The translations under genes were made by a program, and so were the position numbers. The notes beneath the pieces are model-generated. The model did not search any database, had not been told where the DNA came from, and saw only the letters and a program-made list of their open reading frames with translations. This document shows positions 45,822-55,525 of a stretch of DNA of 64,000 nucleotides, one piece after another; the first letter of the stretch is position 1; the number at the start of each line of letters is the position of its first letter. The DNA is from an uncultured Desulfospira sp. (lineage in GTDB: Bacteria; Desulfobacterota; Desulfobacteria; Desulfobacterales; Desulfobacteraceae), in the NCBI GenBank assembly GCA_963663165.1, contig OY760175.1:448001-512000 (forward strand), read 5' to 3'.

Positions 45822-46636
45822 GTGGCCTCCATCAATGAGTTGGCAAGGTGTTCGCTTAAAAACATGATGGATTCAATATCCAGGTGGCGGATAATGGTTT
45901 CATCAAATAAAAGTTTGGCATCTGCCTCAAATTCGTCTTTTTCATCCCAGAACAGAAGAACCACCGGAACTTTGGGAAAGCCTGAAAATTCATATGCCAG
46001 ATCCGGGGCTTCATAATCGGCCTTGACGTTTTTTCCGCCAAAGCCTTCACAGGCGGAAACCAGGCGGTCTAAATGTCCGGCAAAGGTCTTTTTTAAAGGG
46101 TTCTCAATATGTTCTCGCATGGACAGGATCTTTGACACGGTATTGGGAAATTCCTTAAGGCTTTTCCTTTTTCCGGTGGGTTCTGTGGACCCTCCCTGGG
46201 CCATGTGAATATAGACAAAGGTCTGTTCGTTACGGCTCAAGGGGCGGCCGGACACATCAGCCACCCCCTGGCTGGTAATGGTAAGGGTTTTATTAAAGCA
46301 GGGCAGGGTAATTTTTTCCTGGCCTGCTTCAATCCCAAAGTCCCCCCCAATCCGCCGGGCAATGTCAGATAGTTCCATGGACGCGGCCTTTTGCCTGGCC
46401 CATTCAAGGGCTTCGGCCGCCATGTCCTTTTTGAGCCATTTGCCTTCCTTGTATTGCTGTTCCAGCTCTTTTTGGGCCGGTTCCAGCACATCTGCCGGGA
46501 TATGGGGGCAGTTTTTGAGGGGATACTTTTCCGACACCACCTTGCCGGCAAAGGCAATGCAGGTCAAAAAACCGCAGTCTTTGCAATTGGTTCTTGGCAG
46601 CACTTTGGCGTAAAGGTCCACAACAGACAGGGCCAT
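45818..46636 (-). CDS. Fe-S (CxxCxxxxC...CP) domain + DUF3786-like protein
   Basis: LPRTNCKDCGFLTCIAFA...CP; C-terminal FPKVPV...DEF.A....LFD. Confidence 0.82.
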   Translation of the reverse strand: MALSVVDLYAKVLPRTNCKDCGFLTCIAFAGKVVSEKYPLKNCPHIPADVLEPAQKELEQQYKEGKWLKKDMAAEALEWARQKAASMELSDIARRIGGDFGIEAGQEKITLPCFNKTLTITSQGVADVSGRPLSRNEQTFVYIHMAQGGSTEPTGKRKSLKEFPNTVSKILSMREHIENPLKKTFAGHLDRLVSACEGFGGKNVKADYEAPDLAYEFSGFPKVPVVLLFWDEKDEFEADAKLLFDETIIRHLDIESIMFLSEHLANSLMEAT

Positions 46637-46759
46637 CGGGTTAATCCATCAGGTCTAATTTTTCGAGAACTTTAATGCTGGCCTTGTAGGAAACATAGAT
46701 CAGCACCACATAGAGTATTAAATTGATAAATCCCATCTTAATATTTTCCTTTTTTGAAT

Positions 46760-46820
46760 TTAGCCATTAGCTGTTAGCCGTCAGCAGCTAAAGGGTAACA
46801 GCTAAAAGCTAACAGCTTAA
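46760..46820. repeat. Inverted CTAA-heptamer repeat downstream of cydB
   Basis: TTAGCCATTAGCTGTTAGCCGTCAGC / GCTAAAGGGTAACAGCTAAAAGCTAACAGC. Confidence 0.75.
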
Positions 46821-46823
46821 TTA

Positions 46824-47963
46824 TTAATACGATTTTTCTTGAATCTCTTCAGTGGTCAGCTTTTTAGAATCCATTAGCTTCCATACATAAGCAATATACG
46901 CCAGAACAAAGGGGACCCCCAATGCCACATAGGTCATGGCCATCAAAGTAAACTGGCTTGACGAGGCGTTGTAAATGGTGAGGCTGGACTGAAGATCTAT
47001 TTTGGACGGGTAAAAAGCCGTATGATTCAAGGCCGGCAGACACAGCACGGTGAGCCCGGCAAATACGGTGCCAAACCCGGCGAACCAGATGCCTTTGGTG
47101 CTGTATTTAAAGGCGCCTAACAGCACTCCGTAAAGGATCAGGATTACTCCGGCCAGCAAAAGGACCAGCAGAACCGGCATCTGCAGAAGGTTGGTCAGAT
47201 ACTTGGAAGAGACCAGGGAGACCACGCCGGCATCGTCCACATGATACCCTTTCATAAACAGGATGCAGACAAGGACATAAAGCAAAAACGGCAGAGCGAT
47301 CAGAAAGCTTTTCCAGACCTGTTCCCGCAGCCGGGTTTCAAGGTTGGGGGTGTTGGACAAATCAATGGAATTGAGCAGGTAAAGCCCGCCCAGAACCCGG
47401 GCATTGAACACCAGAAATATGCCCATGCTCAGGTTGAACAGCGAAAAAGCCGCTTCAAGCCCCCTAAAGTTAAACCCGAAAACAGTAAATCCCCAGGTCA
47501 CCCGGTTGTACATGTCCAGGGTAAAGTTGGCACCGGTGTAAAAGGTGCCCACAGCCGCCCCGATGAGCAAAATGCCCAAAGATCCGTTGATAAAAAGGAA
47601 AAGTTCATACACCCGGGGGCCGAACAGATTTCCCTCTTTTTTCCGGTATTCATAGGACACCGCCTGGATAATAAAGGAGAACAGGATCAGCATCCAGACC
47701 CAGTAGGCTCCCCCGAAGCTGGTGGCATAAAATTTAGGGAAGGCCGCAAACAAGGCCCCGCCAAAAAGAACCAGGGTGGTATAGGGCAGTTCCCATTTCC
47801 GGCCAAGGGCGGTAATGACCAGGGTTTTTTCCGTTTCAGTGGCCGCCACCTGCCATAGCAGGGTCTGGCCCCCCTGGACCAGGTTAAGGAACAGGAACAA
47901 ACTGCCCACAACGGCACAGATGATCCACCAAAGGTTTTGTAAAGTTGTATAATCAAATATCAT
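46824..47963 (-). CDS. cydB: Cytochrome bd ubiquinol oxidase subunit II
   Basis: GRKWE..TTLVLFGGALFAAFP and SSLTIYNASSS motifs; overlaps cydA. Confidence 0.93.
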   Translation of the reverse strand: MIFDYTTLQNLWWIICAVVGSLFLFLNLVQGGQTLLWQVAATETEKTLVITALGRKWELPYTTLVLFGGALFAAFPKFYATSFGGAYWVWMLILFSFIIQAVSYEYRKKEGNLFGPRVYELFLFINGSLGILLIGAAVGTFYTGANFTLDMYNRVTWGFTVFGFNFRGLEAAFSLFNLSMGIFLVFNARVLGGLYLLNSIDLSNTPNLETRLREQVWKSFLIALPFLLYVLVCILFMKGYHVDDAGVVSLVSSKYLTNLLQMPVLLVLLLAGVILILYGVLLGAFKYSTKGIWFAGFGTVFAGLTVLCLPALNHTAFYPSKIDLQSSLTIYNASSSQFTLMAMTYVALGVPFVLAYIAYVWKLMDSKKLTTEEIQEKSY

Positions 47964-49501
47964 TTTGACGGCCCTCCTTGCGGTCCTCTGGCGATTTGTT
48001 TTATCATAATGGTGATTTCAGCAATAAGCAGCAGGGTAAACAGTGCTAAAAACAGGATAAAGGTCAGCTGCACATTGCCGGCAGACAGGTTGCTGGTGGC
48101 CACATGAACCGGCAGAAGGTTATTAATGGCCCAGGGTTGGCGTCCGACTTCCGCCACAATCCATCCGGCCTGGGAAGCGATCATGCCAAGTCCCCCTGAA
48201 ATCAGGCCAAGGGCAAGCAGCCATTTTTGCTTGACCAGGCTGTCTTTGAAAATGAAAAAGAGAAACAGGATAAAGATCAAGGGGAACAAAGAGCCTAAGC
48301 CCACCATGATGTGAAAGGCATAATAGGGCATGGCCACCGGCGGAATTGCCTGTTCGGGCTTGTCAAAATGGCCGTATCCCATGTAATCGATGTTTTCTTT
48401 AAAGGCGGCCAGGGCCTTGGTGGCCGCTGTCTCATCCTTGCCGGCCTTGGCCTGTTTGTAAATGGCCAGGTCCTTGAGGGCCTGTTTGCCTTTTACCATC
48501 TTTTCGTTTACACCCTCTACCTTAAATTCTTCGTTCCCATAGGTCAGGTCGTCAATCCCGGGAACAAATGAATCAATGGTGCGGTTGGCCAAAAGGGATA
48601 AAAGGTAGGGGATTTCAATTTTGATGGCAAAGGCGTCCTGGTTGTCCCCGGGCTGTTTGCCCGGGTTTAAAATACCGGCTGCCACAATGGGGGCCTTGGT
48701 CTGGCCTTTGTAGTACCCTTCAATGGCGGCCAGTTTCATGGGCTGGTTCTGGGCCACTTCATAGCCGGACTCGTCCCCGGTCAAAATAACATACCCGGAA
48801 GACAGCAGCCCGAAAACACAGGCAACAGCAAGGGATTTTTTAGCCATCTCAACATGTTTTTTTCTAAACAGATACCAGGAGCAGACCGAAACGACGAACA
48901 GGGAAGACAGCAAGAATCCGGAACTTGAGGCATGGGTGAATTTGGATAAGGCCACCGGGTTAAACACCACGCTAAAAAAGCTTTCCATTTCAAAGCGTGC
49001 CGTATCCGGATTAAAGGCCATGCCCACGGGGTTCTGCATCCAGCCGTTGGCCACCAGTATCCATACGGCGGAAAGGTTGGAGCCCACGGCCACCATCCAG
49101 GTGGAGAACAGGTGAAATTTTTTGGACACCCGGTTCCAGCCAAAAAACATGACCGCAAAAAAGGTGGCCTCGAGAAAAAAGGCAAAAATGCCTTCTATGG
49201 CCAGGGGTGCCCCGAAAATATCGCCCACCATCCAGGAATAATTGGACCAGTTGGTCCCGAATTCAAATTCCAGAATAATTCCCGTGGCAACCCCAATGGC
49301 AAAGTTGATGCCAAACAGGGTCATCCAGAATTTGGTAATGGTCTTCCATTCTTGTTTCCCGGTACGCACATAAATGGATTCATAAAATGCGCACAAAAAA
49401 GACAGCCCCAGGGTCAGGGGGACAAAAATCCAGTGATACATAGCGGTAAGGGCAAATTGCGCCCTTGCCCAGTTCACCATACTCAGGTCAATGTCAATCA
49501 T
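47960..49501 (-). CDS. cydA: Cytochrome bd ubiquinol oxidase subunit I
   Basis: QFALTAMYH, EFEFGTNW, QPMKLAAIE and GWIVAEVGRQPW motifs. Confidence 0.96.
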   Translation of the reverse strand: MIDIDLSMVNWARAQFALTAMYHWIFVPLTLGLSFLCAFYESIYVRTGKQEWKTITKFWMTLFGINFAIGVATGIILEFEFGTNWSNYSWMVGDIFGAPLAIEGIFAFFLEATFFAVMFFGWNRVSKKFHLFSTWMVAVGSNLSAVWILVANGWMQNPVGMAFNPDTARFEMESFFSVVFNPVALSKFTHASSSGFLLSSLFVVSVCSWYLFRKKHVEMAKKSLAVACVFGLLSSGYVILTGDESGYEVAQNQPMKLAAIEGYYKGQTKAPIVAAGILNPGKQPGDNQDAFAIKIEIPYLLSLLANRTIDSFVPGIDDLTYGNEEFKVEGVNEKMVKGKQALKDLAIYKQAKAGKDETAATKALAAFKENIDYMGYGHFDKPEQAIPPVAMPYYAFHIMVGLGSLFPLIFILFLFFIFKDSLVKQKWLLALGLISGGLGMIASQAGWIVAEVGRQPWAINNLLPVHVATSNLSAGNVQLTFILFLALFTLLLIAEITIMIKQIARGPQGGPSK

Positions 49502-49542
49502 TTAAGGTTTTCCTCCCTAATTTCGGTATAAGGTGTTTTGGG

Positions 49543-49800
49543 TTAATATTTAAATGGTGCCTGCTCAGAACTTGGCTGGCCGGTGATCTGATCCAGGACG
49601 TAACTTGATTTTTCTTGGGGGGTCTTAAATTTTGAATCCAGAAAATCCGGAAAAAAGAATACTTTTAGAACAGCAAACATGACAAAGAGTTTGATGAAAA
49701 TGATGGTCCATAATTTCTTTCCCAGCACCATCCCTTTAAAACCGTCACGGTAAAATGTGTAGATCCGGGTTACAGGGCGGGTCAGCGAACTGATTTTCAT
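49543..49800 (-). CDS. DUF4492-like small membrane protein upstream of cydA
   Basis: FYRDGFKGM.LGKKLW.IIFIKLFVMFAVLKVFFFP. Confidence 0.82.
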   Translation of the reverse strand: MKISSLTRPVTRIYTFYRDGFKGMVLGKKLWTIIFIKLFVMFAVLKVFFFPDFLDSKFKTPQEKSSYVLDQITGQPSSEQAPFKY

Positions 49801-49906
49801 ATCGAACTTCCTTTGCTTGACTGTCCGGCTTAGGTGAAAAATATGTGTTAACCAAATGGGTCACCGTATGGCGATATTTACAGCGGCCATCTAAATGAAA
49901 TAGTTG

Positions 49907-49922
49907 AGCAAGTATCATGCCA
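49907..49922 (-). promoter_or_regulatory. Sigma54 (-24/-12) promoter for DUF4492-cydAB
   Basis: Minus strand TGGCATGATACTTGCT (GG-N10-GC). Confidence 0.7.
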
Positions 49923-50138
49923 TGGATAGCCGATAAGCGAAACTGAACAAAAAGAGCGGCCGTCTGGTCAATTTTCTTTCATTTGCGGCCGTTCAACCGG
50001 TTGAAAGACAGAACATTTTTATTGAAAAAGCGGATGGTTGTGAGGTCTTCCTGTCTTAACGCCGTTAAAGGTCCTGGGCCGTCTGCGAATGGGAATTTTT
50101 GATAATTTAAAGGTTAAAAAAGCCTGGGATACGGTTGA

Positions 50139-50190
50139 TGTCTCAAACAAAATGTCTCACACAACCGTCCTGTCTCATAGCGCGAGACAG
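50139..50190. promoter_or_regulatory. Candidate enhancer (bEBP binding) sites
   Basis: TGTCTCA x3, including the palindrome CTGTCTC-N7-GAGACAG. Confidence 0.45.
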
Positions 50191-50193
50191 GGA

Positions 50194-51579
50194 TTAAATG
50201 GTGTCAATATATGATATTACCTCTTCATTGCCGGACAGGAACCGGTACAGGGTGGCCCGGCCCACGCCCAAAAGCCGTGCGGCTTTGGACTTGTTTCCCC
50301 CGGCCCTTTTCATGGCGGCCTTGACCGACTCCTCATCCAGTTTTCCCCGGGACGGTTTGGTTTCCAAAGCCACGGTTGGGGACTCGTATCGCATGATTAC
50401 GTTCTGGTCCCGGGTGATCTCAAGGGGCAGGTGGTCGGGCATGATTTTTTTCCCCCTGGATCTGACCATGGCAAACTGGATGGCGTTTTTCAGCTCCCTG
50501 ACATTGCCCGGCCATGAATAATCAAGCATGATATCAATGGCTTCATTTGAAATCTCAGGGGCTTTGTGGGGGCTGTCCACTTCAGCCTCTTTAAGAAAAT
50601 AAGCGGCCAGAAGGGGAATATCGGTTTTTCTTTTCCGCAGGGGCGGTAAATGAACCGGTATCACGTTAAGCCGGTAAAACAGGTCTTCCCTGAACCTGCC
50701 GGTTCGGACCTCTTCTTTCAGGTTTTTGTTGGTGGCACTGATAATCCGTGTATCCACATGAACCCGTTTTTCCCCGCCCACTTTTTCAAAGCTGCCTTCC
50801 TGTAAAAACCGTAACAGTTTGACCTGGGTCTGCAAGGGCAGTTCAGCCACCTCATCTAAAAACAGGGTGCCCTGGTGGGCCAGTTCAAACCGGCCTTTCC
50901 GTTCCCGGACCGCGCCGGAAAATGCCCCTTTGACATGGCCGAACAATTCACTTTCAACAATCCCCTCAGGGATGGCCCCGCAGTTGACCGGGACAAAGGC
51001 GCCCTTGCCAAAGGAACTGGTATCATGAATGGCGTTGGCCACCCGCTCTTTACCGGTGCCGGTTTCCCCTGAAACATGGACCGGGTAATTGTACAAGGCC
51101 ACATCCTGGATTTGCCTGAAAATTTCCTGCATGGCCTTGTCCTTACCGATAATGCCGGAAAATCCGGAAATGGATTCGGTTTTAAGGGAAAGGGCAAAAG
51201 GCTCTGTCATGTCCCTGAAGGAGGCAATTACCCCGGTAAGCTGCTTGTCTTGATTAAAAATAGGGGAAACCGTCATTTCCACCTGGCGGGTCTCCCCCTG
51301 TTTGGTGACAATACTTAACGGGTATTCCACCAGGTCAGTATGGAAAGTGGGCGGTCCGTCTGCAAATGAACACTTGCCCCCGCAAAACGGGGCTTCGAAA
51401 ACATCGTGGCAGTCTTTTCCAATGACCTCTTCTTTGGTATATCCGGTAATTTTCTCGGCTTCTTTATTGAAAACCGTGATAACCCGGCTTGTGGTATGGG
51501 CCATTATCCCTAAATGGATGTTGTCGAGAACCAGGCTTAAATTATTTCGATCAAGAACGGCTTTTTCAAATTCTTTCAT
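50194..51579 (-). CDS. Sigma54-dependent activator (PAS-AAA+-Fis HTH) with CX8CX3C motif
   Basis: GETGTGKE, ESELFGH, GAFSGA and WPGNVREL motifs; PAS domain contains CHDVFEAPFCGGKC. Confidence 0.93.
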   Translation of the reverse strand: MKEFEKAVLDRNNLSLVLDNIHLGIMAHTTSRVITVFNKEAEKITGYTKEEVIGKDCHDVFEAPFCGGKCSFADGPPTFHTDLVEYPLSIVTKQGETRQVEMTVSPIFNQDKQLTGVIASFRDMTEPFALSLKTESISGFSGIIGKDKAMQEIFRQIQDVALYNYPVHVSGETGTGKERVANAIHDTSSFGKGAFVPVNCGAIPEGIVESELFGHVKGAFSGAVRERKGRFELAHQGTLFLDEVAELPLQTQVKLLRFLQEGSFEKVGGEKRVHVDTRIISATNKNLKEEVRTGRFREDLFYRLNVIPVHLPPLRKRKTDIPLLAAYFLKEAEVDSPHKAPEISNEAIDIMLDYSWPGNVRELKNAIQFAMVRSRGKKIMPDHLPLEITRDQNVIMRYESPTVALETKPSRGKLDEESVKAAMKRAGGNKSKAARLLGVGRATLYRFLSGNEEVISYIDTI

Positions 51580-51870
51580 ATGGTATTTCCAGGAATCACA
51601 CCTGATTTCAAATCATGAATTTAAACTGGCAGGCGGATTTGCTTTGATAGTTGGAGACCGGGCAGGGGGTGCATCCCTGCATGGCCCGTAAAAAAAATGC
51701 CTGCCGGTTTAGTACTTGACACATTTGTGTATCAGATGCAATGATTTTTTGGAAAATTTGTGCGGGAAGACTGAAGGGGGTTGGGCTGAAGGCTGTCAGG
51801 GCAAAGAATCGCGCGCCTTTCATGGCTTTTGCGGTGTGGCTGGGGGCATGAGAGGGGGGGGAAGAAAAAT

Positions 51871-52089
51871 TTATTCCAGGACAATGCAGTGGCGGGGACA
51901 GTTGTTTACGGCTTCTCGAATATCCTTATCTTCGTAGTCATCAAGATCAAGAACATCAATGTAGCCGGCATCGTTGAGTTCAAAGGCATGGGGGGCAAGG
52001 TCCGTGCAGACGCCGCAAAGAATGCAGCACTCCATGTTTACAGCCAAGATTCTCGGGGCAGTGGCGGTTTCACTTTTCAGGCGGCTCAT
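51871..52089 (-). CDS. Single-cluster ferredoxin
   Basis: CILCGVC..LAP...NCPRHCI. Probable start MSRLK at 52089. Confidence 0.85.
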   Translation of the reverse strand: MSRLKSETATAPRILAVNMECCILCGVCTDLAPHAFELNDAGYIDVLDLDDYEDKDIREAVNNCPRHCIVLE

Positions 52090-52291
52090 TCCACCATCCT
52101 TTTTGAATATGCTTTTGCTTTTCTTTTTCGGCAAGCTCCAGGATCCGGTACCCCGAGTCCAGCAAAATTCCGTAAAGAATCCCGCAGCCCGGATCTTCCC
52201 TGTGTTCATCCCCAAGCTTTGCAAGATGAATCATTTTATGGGCCAATTCAATGGTTAGTTCAATGTTGGTATCGCATTTTTTTTCAAACAT
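52070..52291 (-). CDS. Small hypothetical protein (73 aa) overlapping the ferredoxin start
   Basis: Amphipathic helical sequence GDEHREDPGCGILYGILLDSGY; operon-like overlap. Confidence 0.7.
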   Translation of the reverse strand: MFEKKCDTNIELTIELAHKMIHLAKLGDEHREDPGCGILYGILLDSGYRILELAEKEKQKHIQKGWWNEPPEK

Positions 52292-52408
52292 ACGGTAACA
52301 TGCTCTTTAAACTGATAATTTGTCACTTTGTTAATCGTTTAGGCGGCAAAACCCCATAACATAATGCCGGGACAGCCGGTTTCAATCCTGTTTTTAAGAT
52401 TTATTTTA

Positions 52409-52424
52409 TACAATTAGCATGCCA
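52409..52424 (-). promoter_or_regulatory. Possible sigma54 promoter for the 73-aa/ferredoxin pair
   Basis: TGGCATGCTAATTGTA (the -12 element is GT rather than GC). Confidence 0.4.
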
Positions 52425-52553
52425 GGCAAGAAACAAGAGACAAGAAACTGGAAACAAGAAACAAGCGGACAGAAAGTCCTTAACGCCTGATAGAACCCAA
52501 AAGAATCGCAGCATCCGGCCTCCCGTTTTCGGCCTCCGGTTTCCGTTCTATAG

Positions 52554-52582
52554 TTGACAACCCCTACTTTGTGGCATAGATT
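52554..52582 (+). promoter_or_regulatory. Putative sigma70 promoter of the HTH-cysE-cysK operon
   Basis: TTGACA-17 bp-TAGATT. Confidence 0.5.
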
Positions 52583-52653
52583 CTGATGAGTAATTATGCA
52601 ATGCCGGCAACGGCATTGATGAATAGACAATTGAACATAATACCGGTATTTCC

Positions 52654-53040
52654 ATGGATGATATAAAATTTAAGCAGGTCCGGGCCAGGCTCAAAAAGAC
52701 CCAAAAGGAGATGGCACAGCTTTTAGGGGTGTCCATCAAGGCCGTTCACAGCTATGAACAGGGATGGCGCAAAATTCCCCACCATGTGGAGCGGCAGCTG
52801 TTGTTTCTTCTTTTTCGGACAAAAGGGCAGGGCGGCCAAACCAAATGCTGGGACATCATGGACTGTGACGAACAAAGCTGTCCGGCCAGGGAATTTGAAT
52901 CTGGCGACATGTGCTGGTTTGTCAACGGCACCATCTGCTCGGGAAGGCCCCATGGGACCTGGGATGAAAAAATGAGCGAGTGTGCGTCCTGTGAAGTATT
53001 TAAAAAGTGTTTCAGTGAAATAGGGGAGGATATCCAATGA
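52654..53040 (+). CDS. XRE-family HTH regulator with C-terminal Cys-rich (two-CW type) domain
   Basis: KTQKEMAQLLGVSIKAVHSYEQGWR, then CW..C...CPA..CW...TIC...C..C. Confidence 0.85.
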   Translation: MDDIKFKQVRARLKKTQKEMAQLLGVSIKAVHSYEQGWRKIPHHVERQLLFLLFRTKGQGGQTKCWDIMDCDEQSCPAREFESGDMCWFVNGTICSGRPHGTWDEKMSECASCEVFKKCFSEIGEDIQ

Positions 53041-54005
53041 GTGAGACAGCCTTGTCCTGCCGGACACTGAATGATGGCAGGCCGGACCTTCGAAAACAGC
53101 TTCCGGGGACCATTCAGGACATCTTAACATCAATGGCGGATGATACCTGTTTTGCCCATATCGGGGATGAACCCATTCATTTTACCATTTCCGTCAGGGA
53201 CATGATTGAGCAGTTCAGACGGATTCTGTTTCCCGGTTATTTTTCCAAGGAAAAAATTGACCACGCCAATCTGGTCTATAGCATGGGGCAGGCGGCCTCC
53301 AAGCTGTATGATACCCTGTCTGAGCAGATCACCCATGTGCTGCGCCACGATTGTTTAAGGTATGACCGGCCCTGTACGGAGTGCGAGGTCAGAGGCGGTG
53401 AAACGGCCATGGCCCTGATCCGGCAGATACCGGAATTAAGGAAATCCCTGGCAGCCGATGTCAGGGCTGCCTATGACGGAGACCCGGCCGCCAAAAGCCA
53501 TGATGAAATCATTTTTTCTTATCCCGGGATTTATGCCATTACCGTATACCGGATTGCCCATATTCTTTATGCGCACGGGGTTCCCCAGCTTCCCCGGATC
53601 ATGAGTGAACATGCCCACAGCGTGACCGGGATTGACATTCACCCCGGGGCCGTCATTGGCGAGCGCTTTGTCATTGACCATGGCACCGGCCTGGTCATCG
53701 GAGAAACCAGCATCATCGGCAACAATGTGCGGATTTATCAGAACGTCACCATCGGGGCACTGTCCCTGCCGCCGGATGCCGGCAATAAGCTTCGGGGCGC
53801 CAAACGGCATCCCACCATTGAGGACGATGTCATTGTTTACTCCGGGGCCACCATTCTCGGCGGCGATACCATCATCGGGGCAAGGTCTGTGGTGGGCGGC
53901 AATGTCTGGCTGACCGAATCCATCCCGCCGGACACCAAGGTGTTTATGGAAACCCCGCGTCTGGTTTACAGAAAACATTCTCAAAAAAAAGGGGGCAAAC
54001 CATGA
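53037..54005 (+). CDS. cysE: Serine O-acetyltransferase
   Basis: GDPAA, YRIAH, TGIDIHPGA, IDHGTG and KRHPTIED motifs. Confidence 0.92.
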   Translation: MSETALSCRTLNDGRPDLRKQLPGTIQDILTSMADDTCFAHIGDEPIHFTISVRDMIEQFRRILFPGYFSKEKIDHANLVYSMGQAASKLYDTLSEQITHVLRHDCLRYDRPCTECEVRGGETAMALIRQIPELRKSLAADVRAAYDGDPAAKSHDEIIFSYPGIYAITVYRIAHILYAHGVPQLPRIMSEHAHSVTGIDIHPGAVIGERFVIDHGTGLVIGETSIIGNNVRIYQNVTIGALSLPPDAGNKLRGAKRHPTIEDDVIVYSGATILGGDTIIGARSVVGGNVWLTESIPPDTKVFMETPRLVYRKHSQKKGGKP

Positions 54006-54925
54006 CCCTTTATCCGGACATCACCCGTACCTGCGGCCATACCCCTCTGGTTCACATCCGGACGGCCTCCCGACAAACAGGGGCGGTTATAATGGGGAAA
54101 CTTGAAACCTTCAACCCTACGGCCAGTGTCAAGGCAAGGGTGGGCGTGGCCATGATTGAACAGGGCATGGCGTCGGGAAAAATCAACCCGGATACCCTGA
54201 TTGTAGAGCCCACCAGCGGCAATACGGGTATTGCGTTGGCCTTTGCCGCAAAGGTGCGGGGGTTAAAGCTGGTGCTGACCATGCCCGAGACCATGAGCCG
54301 GGAGCGCCGGCTGCTCCTTGCTCATCTCGGGGCTGCTCTGGAATTGACCCCGGGGGATCAGGGCATGAAAGGGGCCATTGAAAAGGCACAGGATATTTTA
54401 TTGAGAACCCCCAATGCGTTTATGCCGGACCAGTTTTCCAATCCGGCCAATCCGGATATTCACCGTAAAACCACCGGGCCTGAAATCTGGGATGCCCTTA
54501 ACGGTAACATTGATATTTTTGTTGCCGGAGTCGGCACCGGGGGAACCATTACCGGTGTGGGGCAGTTTCTAAAACAAAAAAATCCCCAAATCAAAATCAT
54601 TGCGGTGGAACCGTCTGGGTCTCCGGTTCTTTCAGGCGGTAAGCCGGGACCCCACGCCATTCAGGGCATCGGTGCCGGTTTTATTCCGGCCAATCTGGAT
54701 CAGACGGTGCTGGACGAAGTGATTCAGGTTCAGGACAGCCAGGCCCTTGACGGGGCAAGACAGCTGGCCGCCAATGAGGGGATCCTGTGCGGCATTTCCT
54801 CAGGGGCTGCTTTTCATGCAGCAAAAACCGTGGGGGCGAGATCCGAAAATCAGGGTAAACAAATTGTTTTTGTGGTCTGTGATACGGGAGAACGGTATCT
54901 GAGTACGGATCTGTTCAAACACTAG
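54002..54925 (+). CDS. cysK: Cysteine synthase A
   Basis: NPTASVKAR, EPTSGNTG, GVGTGGT and HAIQGIG motifs. Confidence 0.95.
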   Translation: MTLYPDITRTCGHTPLVHIRTASRQTGAVIMGKLETFNPTASVKARVGVAMIEQGMASGKINPDTLIVEPTSGNTGIALAFAAKVRGLKLVLTMPETMSRERRLLLAHLGAALELTPGDQGMKGAIEKAQDILLRTPNAFMPDQFSNPANPDIHRKTTGPEIWDALNGNIDIFVAGVGTGGTITGVGQFLKQKNPQIKIIAVEPSGSPVLSGGKPGPHAIQGIGAGFIPANLDQTVLDEVIQVQDSQALDGARQLAANEGILCGISSGAAFHAAKTVGARSENQGKQIVFVVCDTGERYLSTDLFKH

Positions 54926-55269
54926 ACAAAAGGGGAGGGGCAGCCCGGCATAATATACTTACTGTCGATAACCTTTTGGCTGACATAGGTATCCAGAACC
55001 GCCAGGGCATTGCCGGTAATAAAAGGGACCAGGCAAATATCATGTTCTGTGATCAGGTCAGCCGGACCTGTTGAAATGGCGCCGCAGATCAAGGTGGAGA
55101 CCCCGGCTTGTTTGAGCATGTCAATCATATCGGCCGCAGGTTCCGGCCTGAAAGGCTTATATGTTTTGTTGACGATAGTACCGTCTTGAACCTCTGCAAT
55201 TAAAAGCGTGTTGGCAGCATCAAAAACAGGCGATATCCGATTACCCCATATGGTGACGGCCAGTTTCAC
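54922..55269 (-). CDS. NifB/NifX (dinitrogenase FeMo-co biosynthesis) family protein
   Basis: RISPVFDAA, TLICGAIS and C-terminal MPGC; GTG start after GGAG. Confidence 0.82.
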   Translation of the reverse strand: MKLAVTIWGNRISPVFDAANTLLIAEVQDGTIVNKTYKPFRPEPAADMIDMLKQAGVSTLICGAISTGPADLITEHDICLVPFITGNALAVLDTYVSQKVIDSKYIMPGCPSPFV

Positions 55270-55345
55270 AAAAAATTCTCCATATGCTTGAGTTCAACTT
55301 TAAGGGGAAGCCCCCTTTTTTAAAAAACCTTTCTAAAACCAATTC

Positions 55346-55361
55346 TGCAAGCCATGTGCCG
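55346..55361 (-). promoter_or_regulatory. Sigma54 promoter for the NifX-family gene
   Basis: Minus strand CGGCACATGGCTTGCA (GG-N10-GC). Confidence 0.65.
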
Positions 55362-55525
55362 AACCCTGGCGGCAAATTCTGTTCATGGGGTGTTGTCTTG
55401 AATATGCATATAATTTCAAGTTGTTAAGCCATATCTGGCCGTAACGGCTTATGCCGGATCGTTATGGTTATAGTCGCAAGTTTAAGACCGATACCATAAA
55501 ACCGGTAGCAGATATACCTACCCCA

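Noticed and set aside
54922..55269. Nitrogen-fixation gene cluster
   Set aside because: A NifX-family domain alone is not diagnostic, and there are no nifHDK genes in the window.
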